DNA of 63,865 nt, filler included, from Octopus bimaculoides (taxonomy: Eukaryota): assembly GCF_001194135.2 (NCBI RefSeq). It is 5 parts of 5 records of this genome, joined end to end, with 100 filler letters (N's around TTAATTAATTAA, not from the genome) between each part and the next. Parts side by side here need not be neighbours in the genome. Positions count along the whole stretch, not along the records: positions 1 to 21,986 come from NC_068990.1; 4 more parts are not named here. The stretch is one strand, 5' to 3'. A program made the translations under genes and the position numbers. The notes beneath the pieces are model-generated. The model was given only the letters and a program-made list of their open reading frames with translations, was not told where the DNA came from and searched no databases. Numbering within the stretch: position 1 is the first letter of the stretch; each line of letters starts with the position of its first letter. Shown piece by piece: positions 11,412 through 21,975 of this stretch.

Positions 11412-11617
11412 TTGTATATCAGTCGTAATAATGAAATCAAATCAAATAGTATTTTAAAAAATACCACTATTTGGTTTGACTTCATTATTACAACTTATAG
11501 GATTCAATACCAGTAAAAAGTAGTTGGCCTAGACTACATTTATGTGGATACTCTAACAACGACTTGGAGTATACTTTACTGCAAGATTCCTTATGTGACT
11601 TGGTGAGTTAAAACACA

Positions 11618-11711
11618 TCTTGTTGTGTCTAGGGAGAGGCATTATGACAATATCATAAACACACGTACTTTATTAATAATATTGACATAATGACTCTCCC
11701 TAGACACAAGA
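11618..11711. repeat. Short palindromic (MITE-like) element
   Basis: Left arm TCTTGTTGTGTCTAGGGAGAGGCATTATGACAATAT pairs with right arm ATATTGACATAATGACTCTCCCTAGACACAAGA across a ~25-nt spacer; a related one-arm copy lies near 28349. Confidence 0.75.
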
Positions 11712-11761
11712 TTTGGAGTAGCTTGTTATATTTGGTTCGAGTTGAAAGCTCTGGTACCGTG

Positions 11762-11922
11762 AGGCGCAGGAGTGACTGTATGGTAAGTAGCTTGTTTACC
11801 AACCACATGGTTCCATGTTCAGTCCCACTACTTGGCATCTTGGGCAAGTGTCTTCTACTATAGCCTCAAGCCGACCAAAGCCTTGTAGGTGGATCTGGTA
11901 GACAAACTGCAAGACGCTAGTC

Positions 11923-11925
<3 letters not shown>
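11762..11925 (+). mobile_element. tRNA/CORE-type SINE family B, 5' half
   Basis: GGCGCAGGAGTGACTGTATGG (A box), GTTCAGTCCC (B box), CORE-like TTGGGCAAGTGTCTTCTACTATAGCC; runs into internal (TA)n and a gap. Confidence 0.88.
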
Positions 11926-11956
<31 letters not shown>

Positions 11957-12510
11957 NNNNNNNNNNNNNNNNNNNNNNNNNNNNNNNNNNNNNNNNNNNN
12001 NNNNNNNNNNNNNNNNNNNNNNNNNNNNNNNNNNNNNNNNNNNNNNNNNNNNNNNNNNNNNNNNNNNNNNNNNNNNNNNNNNNNNNNNNNNNNNNNNNNN
12101 NNNNNNNNNNNNNNNNNNNNNNNNNNNNNNNNNNNNNNNNNNNNNNNNNNNNNNNNNNNNNNNNNNNNNNNNNNNNNNNNNNNNNNNNNNNNNNNNNNNN
12201 NNNNNNNNNNNNNNNNNNNNNNNNNNNNNNNNNNNNNNNNNNNNNNNNNNNNNNNNNNNNNNNNNNNNNNNNNNNNNNNNNNNNNNNNNNNNNNNNNNNN
12301 NNNNNNNNNNNNNNNNNNNNNNNNNNNNNNNNNNNNNNNNNNNNNNNNNNNNNNNNNNNNNNNNNNNNNNNNNNNNNNNNNNNNNNNNNNNNNNNNNNNN
12401 NNNNNNNNNNNNNNNNNNNNNNNNNNNNNNNNNNNNNNNNNNNNNNNNNNNNNNNNNNNNNNNNNNNNNNNNNNNNNNNNNNNNNNNNNNNNNNNNNNNN
12501 NNNNNNNNNN

Positions 12511-12906
12511 GTGTGGTATGGTGTGTATGGTGTGGTAGTGTGTGGTGTGTGGTGTGGTGGTGTTGGGTTGTGGGGGAAGCGAGAGTGGGGAAAGCAAGGG
12601 TGGGGTGTGGGTTAGGCTGAGGGTGGGGGTAGAGGTGAGATATATGGGAGTGAGTGTAAGTGGGATGGGATGGATAGGGAAGATGGGGTTGGATTGTGTA
12701 AAAGTGAGATTACGAGGAATGGGTGACGATGAAGGGAGGTGGAAGGGAGAAGATGGGTAGGACTGAAGAGAAGATGGGTAGGACTGAAGAGAAGAGAGAG
12801 AGGGAGAGTAGGAGTGAAGGGAAGAAGTAGGAGTCGGAGCAACAGAGGAGAGCTGGGTGGGAGGAAGTAGGCATGAGCGGAAAGAGAGGAGAGGGGAGCA
12901 CGGTTG
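12511..12906 (-). other. Pyrimidine-rich low-complexity tract following the Penelope ORF (probable 3' UTR/pLTR)
   Basis: Purine-rich on +, includes the duplication GATGGGTAGGACTGAAGAGAA; directly continues the GIY-YIG fragment. The assignment is inference. Confidence 0.45.
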
Positions 12907-13269
12907 TTAGATGAAGAAGGGAGGAGAGTTGAGCTCATGTGGCGCAAAGGAGAGAAGAAAGAAGTTTTATCCCTGTTCATGGCGAAGACAGGAGTCCGGA
13001 TGGGCCCTGTGCAAGGACAATCCGAACACAAACAGGTGTTGCAAAGAGTGACCGGTAGAGCGGAAATGGCGTGAGACCGGGGTGTCATTGCCGAGTCGGA
13101 TGTATCGGAGGTGTTCCGCGAACCGGTCAGCCAAGCAGCGTTCCGTTTGCCCGATGTATAGAGAAGGGCAGACAGAGCAGGAAATGCAGTAGATGACGTT
13201 GGTAGAAGTTCAGGTGAAGGAGTCGGTGATACGATAGGGTCGATGATGGGTGCCGGTGAAGGAGGTGGT
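12907..13269 (-). mobile_element. Penelope-like element 3' end: GIY-YIG endonuclease remnant
   Basis: Minus frame TTSFTGTHHRPYRITDSFT*TSTNVIYCISCSVCPSLYIGQTERCLADRFAEHLRYIRLGNDTPVSRHFRSTGHSLQHL... then APHELNSPPFFI*; CxxC between the VIY and YIG motifs and RxxEH are typical of PLE endonucleases. Confidence 0.92.
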
Positions 13270-13274
13270 TTTTG

Positions 13275-13500
13275 TTTGTGTGTCTGCTTTTTTATGTTTG
13301 TGTGTCTGTGTTGGTGCCCCCACCATAACTTGACAACTGATTCTAATGTGTCTACGTCCCCGAAACCTAGCGGTTCGGCATAAGAGACCGATAGAATAAG
13401 TACTAGGCTTACACAGAATGAGTTTTGGAGTCGATTTTTTCGATTACAGGCGATGCTCCAGCATGGCCGTAGTCAAATGACTGAAACAAATAAAAGAGTA
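13275..13500 (+). mobile_element. SINE family B, 3' half
   Basis: GCGGTTCGGCATAAGAGACCGATAGAATAAGTACTAGGC...CATGGCCGTAGTCAAATGACTGAAAC tail. Confidence 0.88.
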
Positions 13501-14756
13501 ATATATATATATATATATATATANNNNNNNNNNNNNNNNNNNNNNNNNNNNNNNNNNNNNNNNNNNNNNNNNNNNNNNNNNNNNNNNNNNNNNNNNNNNN
13601 NNNNNNNNNNNNNNNNNNNNNNNNNNNNNNNNNNNNNNNNNNNNNNNNNNNNNNNNNNNNNNNNNNNNNNNNNNNNNNNNNNNNNNNNNNNNNNNNNNNN
13701 NNNNNNNNNNNNNNNNNNNNNNNNNNNNNNNNNNNNNNNNNNNNNNNNNNNNNNNNNNNNNNNNNNNNNNNNNNNNNNNNNNNNNNNNNNNNNNNNNNNN
13801 NNNNNNNNNNNNNNNNNNNNNNNNNNNNNNNNNNNNNNNNNNNNNNNNNNNNNNNNNNNNNNNNNNNNNNNNNNNNNNNNNNNNNNNNNNNNNNNNNNNN
13901 NNNNNNNNNNNNNNNNNNNNNNNNNNNNNNNNNNNNNNNNNNNNNNNNNNNNNNNNNNNNNNNNNNNNNNNNNNNNNNNNNNNNNNNNNNNNNNNNNNNN
14001 NNNNNNNNNNNNNNNNNNNNNNNNNNNNNNNNNNNNNNNNNNNNNNNNNNNNNNNNNNNNNNNNNNNNNNNNNNNNNNNNNNNNNNNNNNNNNNNNNNNN
14101 NNNNNNNNNNNNNNNNNNNNNNNNNNNNNNNNNNNNNNNNNNNNNNNNNNNNNNNNNNNNNNNNNNNNNNNNNNNNNNNNNNNNNNNNATGATGATGATG
14201 ATGATGGAAGCAGGAATAGAGAAGAATGTGCAGAAACAATACTGCTGATATGCAAATGTAATAAAAGTAACGTTTTCCTTCCGTTCTTTCTTTCTTTCTT
14301 TTTTCTTTTTCTTTTTTTCAGGGAGAAAAGATTTCAGCAACCATTTGGTGTGTAACTATTTCAAAATTGGTGAACGACAAAGACAGAGAGGAAGAAAAAG
14401 ATATGGTAAAAGAAAGAAGAAAATAACAAGGCAAAAATAAATAACGAAAAGAAGAAAAGAAATTAGAGAAGAATGGATTTGTGCAACAAAAACAGTGAAG
14501 AATTTCATAAAGCATTATGAAGAATTGTGTCAATGTTAGGTTTATGTTTAACATGTGAATATGTATGTATACGTGGATATGTGTGCTTATGTACGTGTGT
14601 GTATATGCTTGTGTGTAGATTTGTGTGTGTAATTAATTATAAATTGTAGGTTTATAATATTACACACACACACACACATACACACATATTCAATTACACA
14701 CATATACATATACAAGCACGCACATATGTTATTATGCATGTAAGATCGTGTATGCA

Positions 14757-14905
14757 TTAACGGTTCGGCAACAGAGACCAATAGAATAAGTACCAGGCTT
14801 TAAAAAATGAAGTACTGGGGTCAAATCATTCGACTAAAAGTTCTTTGAGGTGGTGCCCCAGCTTGGCCGCGGTCTAATGACTGAAACAAGTAAAACGTAA
14901 AAGAT
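14757..14905 (+). mobile_element. SINE family B-related 3' fragment
   Basis: CGGTTCGGCAACAGAGACCAATAGAATAAGTACC...GGTCTAATGACTGAAACAAGTAAAA. Confidence 0.8.
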
Positions 14906-15087
14906 ATATGCACACACCCACATACACACGCGCACGCACTACGCGCGCGCACCCCCACCCACGCAAACACACACAAACACATATATAAATGTCTCACGCG
15001 GTCCTCAAATTTGATCCTGCTGTGATATCTTGCACAAGAAATCACACGGCCTCAACAGTAGAACATTAAGTGCTGAAAATGGATCGT

Positions 15088-15127
<40 letters not shown>

Positions 15128-15418
15128 NNNNNNNNNNNNNNNNNNNNNNNNNNNNNNNNNNNNNNNNNNNNNNNNNNNNNNNNNNNNNNNNNNNNNNNNN
15201 NNNNNNNNNNNNNNNNNNNNNNNNNNNNNNNNNNNNNNNNNNNNNNNNNNNNNNNNNNNNNNNNNNNNNNNNNNNNNNNNNNNNNNNNNNNNNNNNNNNN
15301 NNNNNNNNNNNNNNGAAAAAAAATTGAATAGTGTTCAGTCAACGGTCAATCAATATATATATATCAAGCAAAGTAGTTAGAAAATCTCTATAAGAGATGA
15401 AAGCAGTAATTATACTGA

Positions 15419-15506
15419 AAAGTAATGTTAATCGCCGCTTCTATATGGTTGTTCTGTAGGAACCGATGTTACTACTGTTTTTAACCCCAGAAGGAGCCTC
15501 CTCCAG
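15419..15506 (+). repeat. Dispersed repeat segment upstream of a hammerhead; related copy at 54232-54318
   Basis: AAGTAATGTTAATCGCC...TATGGTTGTTCTGTAGGAACCGATGTTACTACTGTTTTTAACCCCAGAAGGAGCCTCCTC aligns by eye with 54232-54318. Confidence 0.7.
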
Positions 15507-15555
15507 TTCGTTATCTTATTTTTCTATGTATTGCGAGCTGGGGCGGATTATTGAT

Positions 15556-15638
15556 ATCTGTAGCGCACGGGTGTCCACCACTGAGGATGAGTTCAAACAG
15601 CTCGAAACCGTACGGTCTCATGATCCCGTCGTGCAGAT
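15556..15638 (+). ncRNA. Type I hammerhead ribozyme with palindromic helix III
   Basis: CUGAGGA (15581-87), U, GAGU(UCAAACA)GCUC helix II, GAA, ACCGUACGGU perfect palindrome (15607-16), GUC triplet (cut after 15617); extended imperfect helix I (AUCUGUA/UGCAGAU, ACGGG/CCCGU). Confidence 0.8.
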
Positions 15639-15672
15639 TTCATCGATAACCAGCTGGAGAAGGCACCTCCTA

Positions 15673-16737
15673 TGGACAAAATGAGAATCTATCGGACATT
15701 CAAAGAGGTCAAATTGTTGGTGCTCGTATGGCAGGCGCTAGCGTAACGAAAACAGCCGAAATGTTTGGTGTATCAAGAAGTACTGTCTCGAAAGTAATGA
15801 CAGCCTTTGAGAAGGAGGGAAAAACCTTCTCGTCGAAACAAAACTCCGGAAGAAAATCATAACTTTCAGATAGGGACCGTCGGACACTTACGCGAATTGT
15901 TAGAAAGGATCACAAAAGTTCAGCTCCAAAAATTACTTCAGAGCTTAATGACCACCTCGAGAAACCAGTTTCCACAAAAACTATTCATCAGGAGCTGCAC
16001 AAAACCGGATTTCACGGGAGGCTGCAATCAGAAAACCACTACTTTCAAAACCAAACGTTGCAAAGCATTTAGAGTGGAGTAAAAACCTCCAGAATTGGTC
16101 CCTAGAGCAGTGGAAGAATGTTATTTTCTTGAATAAGTTATCCTTTACCTTATTTCCGATCACCGGCCGAGTATACGTGTGGAGACAGCCAAAAGAAGCA
16201 TTTGACCCAGACTGCTTTCTTCCAACTTCCAAACATGGAGGAGGATCTGTGATGATCTGGGGGTGGGGTTGCTATATTTGGGAAATCTGGCGGCTCAATG
16301 ATTTCCCATCATGGCAGAATTAATAGTCAAGACTATTTAAGCATTTTATCTGATTAAATTCATTCTATGGTTGCGGAACTGCAATCTTTCAGGATGATAA
16401 TGCACCAATTCACGCAGCTAAAGTTGTTACTGAATGGCACGTGGAACATTCTAGTGAAGTTGAACACTTTTCTGGCCACCACAGTCTCAAGATCTCAATA
16501 TTATTGAACATTTATGGTGAATTTTAGAAAAACAAGTAATGAGCCGATAACGTCCACCATCATCACTACAAGAACTGGAGACTGTTTTAGCTGAAGAACA
16601 GACAAAAATTCCTTTGGAAACAATCCAAACTTTGTACGAGTCTATACCTCGTAGAATTGAAGATGTAATTACTGTCAAAGGCGGTCCTACCCCATATTGA
16701 GATAAATTTGTTTGAAAATTATTTTGTCCAACAACTG
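15673..16737 (+). mobile_element. Tc1-family (DD34E) transposon remnant
   Basis: Right TIR ATTTTGTCCAACAACTG plus TA. No intact left TIR; only a 10-nt match TGGACAAAAT immediately before the ATG. Confidence 0.93.
15681..16700 (+). pseudogene. Tc1 transposase pseudogene
   Basis: LSDIQRGQIVGARMAGASVTKTAEMFGVSRSTVSKV...SGRK...WKNVIF...KHGGGSVMIWG...FQDDNAPIH...WPPQSQDLNIIEHLW...KGGPTPY*, with several frameshifts and stops. Confidence 0.95.
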
Positions 16738-16759
16738 TATATATTATATATATATATAT

Positions 16760-16921
16760 AGGCTCAGGCATGTGTCGTAAGAAGCTTGTCTCTCAACCAC
16801 ATGGCTTCGGGTTTAGTCCCACTGCGTGGCACCTTGGAAAGTGTCTTCTATTATATAGTTTCGAGCCGACCAAAGCTTTGTGAGTGGATTAAATAGACGG
16901 AAACCGAAGACTCCTGTCGTA
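16760..16921 (+). mobile_element. SINE family B, 5' half
   Basis: Same head and CORE-like block as 19097; ends in (TA)n plus gap. Confidence 0.85.
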
Positions 16922-17652
16922 TTTATATATATATGTANNNNNNNNNNNNNNNNNNNNNNNNNNNNNNNNNNNNNNNNNNNNNNNNNNNNNNNNNNNNNNN
17001 NNNNNNNNNNNNNNNNNNNNNNNNNNNNNNNNNNNNNNNNNNNNNNNNNNNNNNNNNNNNNNNNNNNNNNNNNNNNNNNNNNNNNNNNNNNNNNNNNNNN
17101 NNNNNNNNNNNNNNNNNNNNNNNNNNNNNNNNNNNNNNNNNNNNNNNNNNNNNNNNNNNNNNNNNNNNNNNNNNNNNNNNNNNNNNNNNNNNNNNNNNNN
17201 NNNNNNNNNNNNNNNNNNNNNNNNNNNNNNNNNNNNNNNNNNNNNNNNNNNNNNNNNNNNNNNNNNNNNNNNNNNNNNNNNNNNNNNNNNNNNNNNNNNN
17301 NNNNNNNNNNNNNNNNNNNNNNNNNNNNNNNNNNNNNNNNNNNNNNNNNNNNNNNNNNNNNNNNNNNNNNNNNNNNNNNNNNNNNNNNNNNNNNNNNNNN
17401 NNNNNNNNNNNNNNNNNNNNNNNNNNNNNNNNNNNNNNNNNNNNNNNNNNNNNNNNNNNNNNNNNNNNNNNNNNNNNNNNNNNNNNNNNNNNNNNNNNNN
17501 NNNNNNNNNNNNNNNNNATAACAGAGATATTTATTGTAGCGTTAAAGATGTATGTCTGTGTGAGAGTGTGAATGCGACATATAATAACATAATCAAAGAC
17601 AGGCCGTCATACAAAGAAAAGTATGTATGTGAGTGATACATGTATGTGTATG

Positions 17653-18410
17653 TGTATTATTACAGCAGATAGAAAGAGTCAATAACACGAGAGCAATTAT
17701 ACCAGTTCTTTAGTACACTATAGGAAAAGTTCTGTATGTTAAGTTGGGGAGGCTGAGTGTGGCAGATCTGATCACTAGTTGTGATGTCGTGGCATCGATG
17801 CCGGGCCGTGATTCTTGTTATACAGATGTTCGTCGTTTGGCAGAGCTTATCACTAGTTGTGTTTTGGCTTCAATGCCAGGGCCTTGAGGACAGACGTTTA
17901 TCGCAGGCTGAGATCTCCTGTCTGTTATTATCGTGGTGAAGCTAAGTCACCTAACAGAATCGAAGAGAGAGAGGTGCCGCGGTGGTTTGGTGTACATAGT
18001 GAGTCGTGTTGACGCTGGTGGTGTAGAGGCTGCTTGGTAGTAATCGTGTTGGTCATGACGATGATGCTGGATAGTAGTCGTAGACTCGTGTTGCTGATGT
18101 GGCGACGGCGGTGGTCATCGTTGGCTGGACGGAGCTGTTGAAGTGGTCGCTGGCTGATTGTTGCTGCTGCTGTCGTGTGGTACACGGAACAGATCTCAAA
18201 GAGAAACTGGACCGAGACAAATTTGGCCACCGAGTTAAAGCTATTTATAACAAACTATCGGCTCCCGATGTCTTCAGTTTAATACTCTATCACGTGACCG
18301 TATTAGGGGCCGTGATTGGTCAGTTTGCGTTCTGGCGGGAAGGTTCGAAGAATTTGCTGCTTCAAATAATAATCAGTCACGTGATGACAAGGCTGGTGTT
18401 TTCCACTACG
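17653..18410 (-). mobile_element. LTR-like, more GC-rich segment (possible solo LTR)
   Basis: Minus strand begins (C/T)GTAGTGG and ends ...AATACA; carries promoter motifs and a ~50-bp imperfect direct repeat (17762-17811 vs 17841-17889). No TSD found. Confidence 0.4.
18242..18384 (-). promoter_or_regulatory. Compact Pol II promoter-like cluster: two TCACGTGA E-boxes, CCAAT, TATA
   Basis: TCACGTGA at 18377-84 and 18290-97; CCAAT (plus ATTGG 18315-19); TATAAATA (plus TATTTATA 18242-49); order and spacing are canonical for leftward transcription. Confidence 0.55.
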
Positions 18411-18562
18411 CTCGCGTTTATTTATATTTAAATGAGAAGAATGGCGATAGCAGTTTTGTATCTAATGGCGATGGGTAGAAGAGACGATAGGTAGTTTCAC
18501 TACATATATATAAAATGAATTTATATATAAAATGTATTTGTATATTCATTATATACATAGAT

Positions 18563-18563
18563 A

Positions 18564-18597
<34 letters not shown>

Positions 18598-18606
18598 TGT
18601 GTGTGT

Positions 18607-18669
<63 letters not shown>

Positions 18670-18690
18670 TGTGCGCGTGTGCGCGCTTAA
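18563..18690. repeat. (TG)n microsatellite
   Basis: Visible. Confidence 0.95.
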
Positions 18691-19096
18691 GTACAGCAAA
18701 ATATGTATGAATGTATGAGTGTAATTTTTGCGTGAAATAAGTGGCGAATGTTTTTGTAATAAAGAGCAACAGTGATAATGTTACATGTGGAGAAAATGTT
18801 GCTAGAAATAGATGTGAAACGAGATTGATGAGAGAAACATTTCCTCGTCTAACGAACAAAACGCTACTCATACTGGAAGAATAAAACAGTATAGAATAAA
18901 CGTTATGTACTGTGTTGTGCGTTTTCATACCAATTCTTATTGGTCTGTCTTTCAATTTTTTTCTTTTTATTTTCTTCTTTTTTTTTCTTCTTTGATTATT
19001 TGTCATAGAATTCTTGTTTGCGAAGGAGAAGAATTGGAGACAAATTCCTCTGATAATGTTGCCGTAGAAACAGGAAAACATAAAAATGATGGACAT

Positions 19097-19508
19097 AGGC
19101 GTAGGAGTGGCTGTGTGGTAAGTAGCTAGCTTACCAGCCACATGGCCCCGGGTTCAGTCCCACTGCGCGGCATCTTGGGCAAGTGTCTCCTACTATAGCC
19201 TCGGGCCGACCAAAGCCTTGTGAGTGGATTTGGTCGACGGAAACTGAAAGAAGCCCGTCGTATATATGTATATATATATATGTATGTGTGTGTGTATGTT
19301 TGTATGTGCGTGTTTGTCCCCCCAACATCGCTTGACAACCGATGCTGGTGTGTTTATGTCCCCGTAACTTAGCGGTTCGGCAAAAGAATCGATAGAATAA
19401 GTACTAGGCTTCTAAAGAATAAGTCCTGGGGTCGATTTGCTCGACTAAAAGGCGGTGCTCCAGCATGGCCACAGTCAAAAGACTGAAACAAGTAAAAGAG
19501 TAAAAGAG
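19097..19508 (+). mobile_element. SINE family B, full length
   Basis: tRNA-like head with A/B boxes, CORE-like block, internal (TA)n(TG)n, 3' domain, GAGTAAAA tail repeat. Confidence 0.93.
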
Positions 19509-19750
19509 TATTGTATTCAATAATAACATCCAGCAGAGAAACTTTCACTACTCACACCCTAATGTTAAATTATCTTAAAGTGGCGTAATAGTACAGCAAA
19601 GAACCTACCAAATATCATTCAAATCACATGACCATATTTGATAAATTGTTTGCATTTTGAGATTTTTAATTTATATCTTTACCCTCTTAGAAACTTCGAA
19701 AGATAAGACAGAGACACAAAGACATACACGAACACAAACATATATGTATA

Positions 19751-19793
<43 letters not shown>

Positions 19794-19807
19794 GTGTGTG
19801 TGTGTGT

Positions 19808-20175
19808 AGGCACAGGAGTGCCTGTGTGGTAAGTAGCTTGCTTACCAACCACATGGTCCCGGGTTCAGTTCTACAACATGGTATCTTGGGCAAGTATCTT
19901 CTACTATAGCCTCGGACTGACCAAAACCTTGTGAGTGGATTTGGTAGACGGAAACTGAAAGAAGCCCGTCGTATAGTATATATGTTTGTTCCCCCACCAT
20001 CAGCGCTTGATAACCGATGCTGGTGTGTTTACGTCCTCGTAACCTAGTGGTTCGGCAAAAGGGAGCGATAGAATAAGAACTAGGTTTACAAAGAATAAGC
20101 TCTGGGGTGAATTTGTTCGACTACAGGCGGTGCTCCAGCATGGCCGCAGTCAAATGACTGAAACAAATAAAAGAA
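19808..20175 (+). mobile_element. SINE family B, full length
   Basis: Colinear with the 19097 copy. Confidence 0.92.
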
Positions 20176-20219
20176 TATATACATACACACACACACACAC
20201 ACACACACGCACATATATG

Positions 20220-20371
20220 TACGACAGTCTTTCAGTTTCCATCTACCAGATCCACTCACAAGACTCTGATTGCCTGAAGCTATATCAGAAGACACTTAGC
20301 CAAGGTACTATGCAGCAGGGCTGAACCCGGTATGGAAGTAAGCATCTTCCCACACACCCACACCTGCACCT
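20220..20371 (-). mobile_element. SINE family B, 5' half (diverged)
   Basis: Reverse complement matches the family B head and CORE-like block. Confidence 0.8.
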
Positions 20372-20376
20372 GTACA

Positions 20377-20410
<34 letters not shown>

Positions 20411-20556
20411 CATACATACGTACGTACATACATACATACATACATACGTACGTACGTACATACATACATACATACATACATACGTACGTACGTACGTACG
20501 TACGTACATACATACATACATACGTACGTACATACATACATACATACATACATACA
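20372..20556. repeat. (TACA)n/(TACG)n tetranucleotide repeat
   Basis: Visible. Confidence 0.95.
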
Positions 20557-20565
20557 TTACATATA

Positions 20566-21416
20566 CGAGAGAGAATTCAAAAGAAGCCGGAATTATGCAA
20601 TATTTTTTTATTCACTTAGTTTTACGTTTGCTCTTTTATCGCCTTTAAAGTATTCTCCATTTGAAGCAATGCATCGATCCAGACGCGTTTCCCACTGCTC
20701 AAAGCAGCGCTGGAACTCTTACAAAGTGATGCCTTTTAACACCCCTGTCGTTTTCTTCTTTACCTCTTCCACATCTGCAAATTTGGTAGCACCAGCTTTT
20801 GTCACCAGTGATGACCTTCGAAAAAAGGTCCAGATCAACTTCCAAATGTTCTTTCAATTCACGACACGCATTCAGTCGTGACTGCTTTTGATCTTCCATG
20901 AGCAAGTGAGGCACAAATTTCGCTGCAACTCTTTTCATTTACAATTCCTCGCTAAAAATTCGTTGACAAGAGCTCTAGGACACACCAATCATATCAAGTT
21001 CGTCAATTATTCAGTGACAGTCCTCCAAGATCTGTTCATAAATTTTCATGATGTTTTCATTCGTTAGAGAAATCGACGGTCACCCTGAACGAGCTTGGTC
21101 TTCAAGTGACAAAAGATTATTCCAAAAGCGTGAAAATCACTCGTATTTTGCTCATGGCAGCTGCCTTGTAAGCTGTTAGAAGCATGACAACTGTATCGGT
21201 CATTGTTTACGGCAGCAGAAAACAGAATTTCACGGAAGCACGCTGCTTCTTCGTTTCAGCCATCACAAAAATCGACGAAACAGAGGAGAAGCACCGCAAA
21301 AGAAAAACGTACCACGTGGTAGTAGGACTATACTCGACGACACCTGTTGGCAGACTGATGCTGGAGAGCCGCATCAAGTGGCTTCTAGCGGCGGAAGCCT
21401 GAACTACAATGGGCTG
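20566..21416 (-). mobile_element. Mariner deletion derivative (catalytic core removed)
   Basis: TA plus TIR CGAGAGAGAATTCAAAAGAAGCCGGAAT. ATG at 21263: MAETKKQRASVKFCF...SLEDQARSG...MKRVAAKFVPHLL...KVITGDKSWCY, then a direct jump to FADVEEVKKKTT...FEQWETRLDRCIASNGEYF. Confidence 0.92.
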
Positions 21417-21589
21417 NNNNNNNNNNNNNNNNNNNNNNNNNNNNNNNNNNNNNNNNNNNNNNNNNNNNNNNNNNNNNNNNNNNNNNNNNNNNNNNNNNNN
21501 NNNNNNNNNNNNNNNNNNNNNNNNNNNNNNNNNNNNNNNNNNNNNNNNNNNNNNNNNNNNNNNNNNNNNNNNNNNNNNNNNNNNNNNNN

Positions 21590-21975
21590 CTGCGTGGCAC
21601 TTTAGTCAAATTTCTTTCTTGTCTTATGCCCTCAGGCCGACCAAAGCCTTATGAATGGATTTGGTAGACGGAAACTGAAAGAAGCCTGTCATATATATAT
21701 ATATATATATATATGTTTGTGTGTGTGCGTATGTGTGTGTGTATGTGTGTGTCTTTGTGCTTGTGATTGCCCCCTCCTCCCACCGCTTGAAACCGGTGTT
21801 GGTGTGTTTATGTCCCCAAAACTAGCGCTTCGGCAAGAGAGACCGATAGAATAAGTACCAGGCTTAAAAGAATAGGTACTAGAGTCCGTTTAGTCCACTA
21901 ATATTTCAAGGCGGTGCTCGAGCATGGCTGCAGTCTAATGACTGAAGCACGTATAAGAAGTAAAACAAGTAAGAT
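21590..21975 (+). mobile_element. SINE family B (head lost in gap)
   Basis: CORE-like block, internal microsatellite and 3' domain colinear with 19097. Confidence 0.85.

Noticed and set aside
11889-14355. Long ORFs containing X runs (also near 16880, 39417, 43297, 47655, 52662, 57044, 59337)
   Set aside because: Open only because N gaps contain no stop codons.
14290-14430. Strong-looking acceptors at ~14321 and ~28675
   Set aside because: No matching donor with an open frame; pyrimidine tracts are common low-complexity sequence here.
15466-15684. 72-aa ORF spanning the hammerhead
   Set aside because: No recognisable motif; short ORF expected by chance.
18250-18278. Minus-strand CUGAAGA followed by an AUCGG/CCGAU hairpin
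   Set aside because: No GAAA follows; it lies inside the promoter-like segment.
19097-19170. tRNA-like A/B boxes in the SINE heads
   Set aside because: No cloverleaf, and each continues into SINE body sequence; not tRNA genes.
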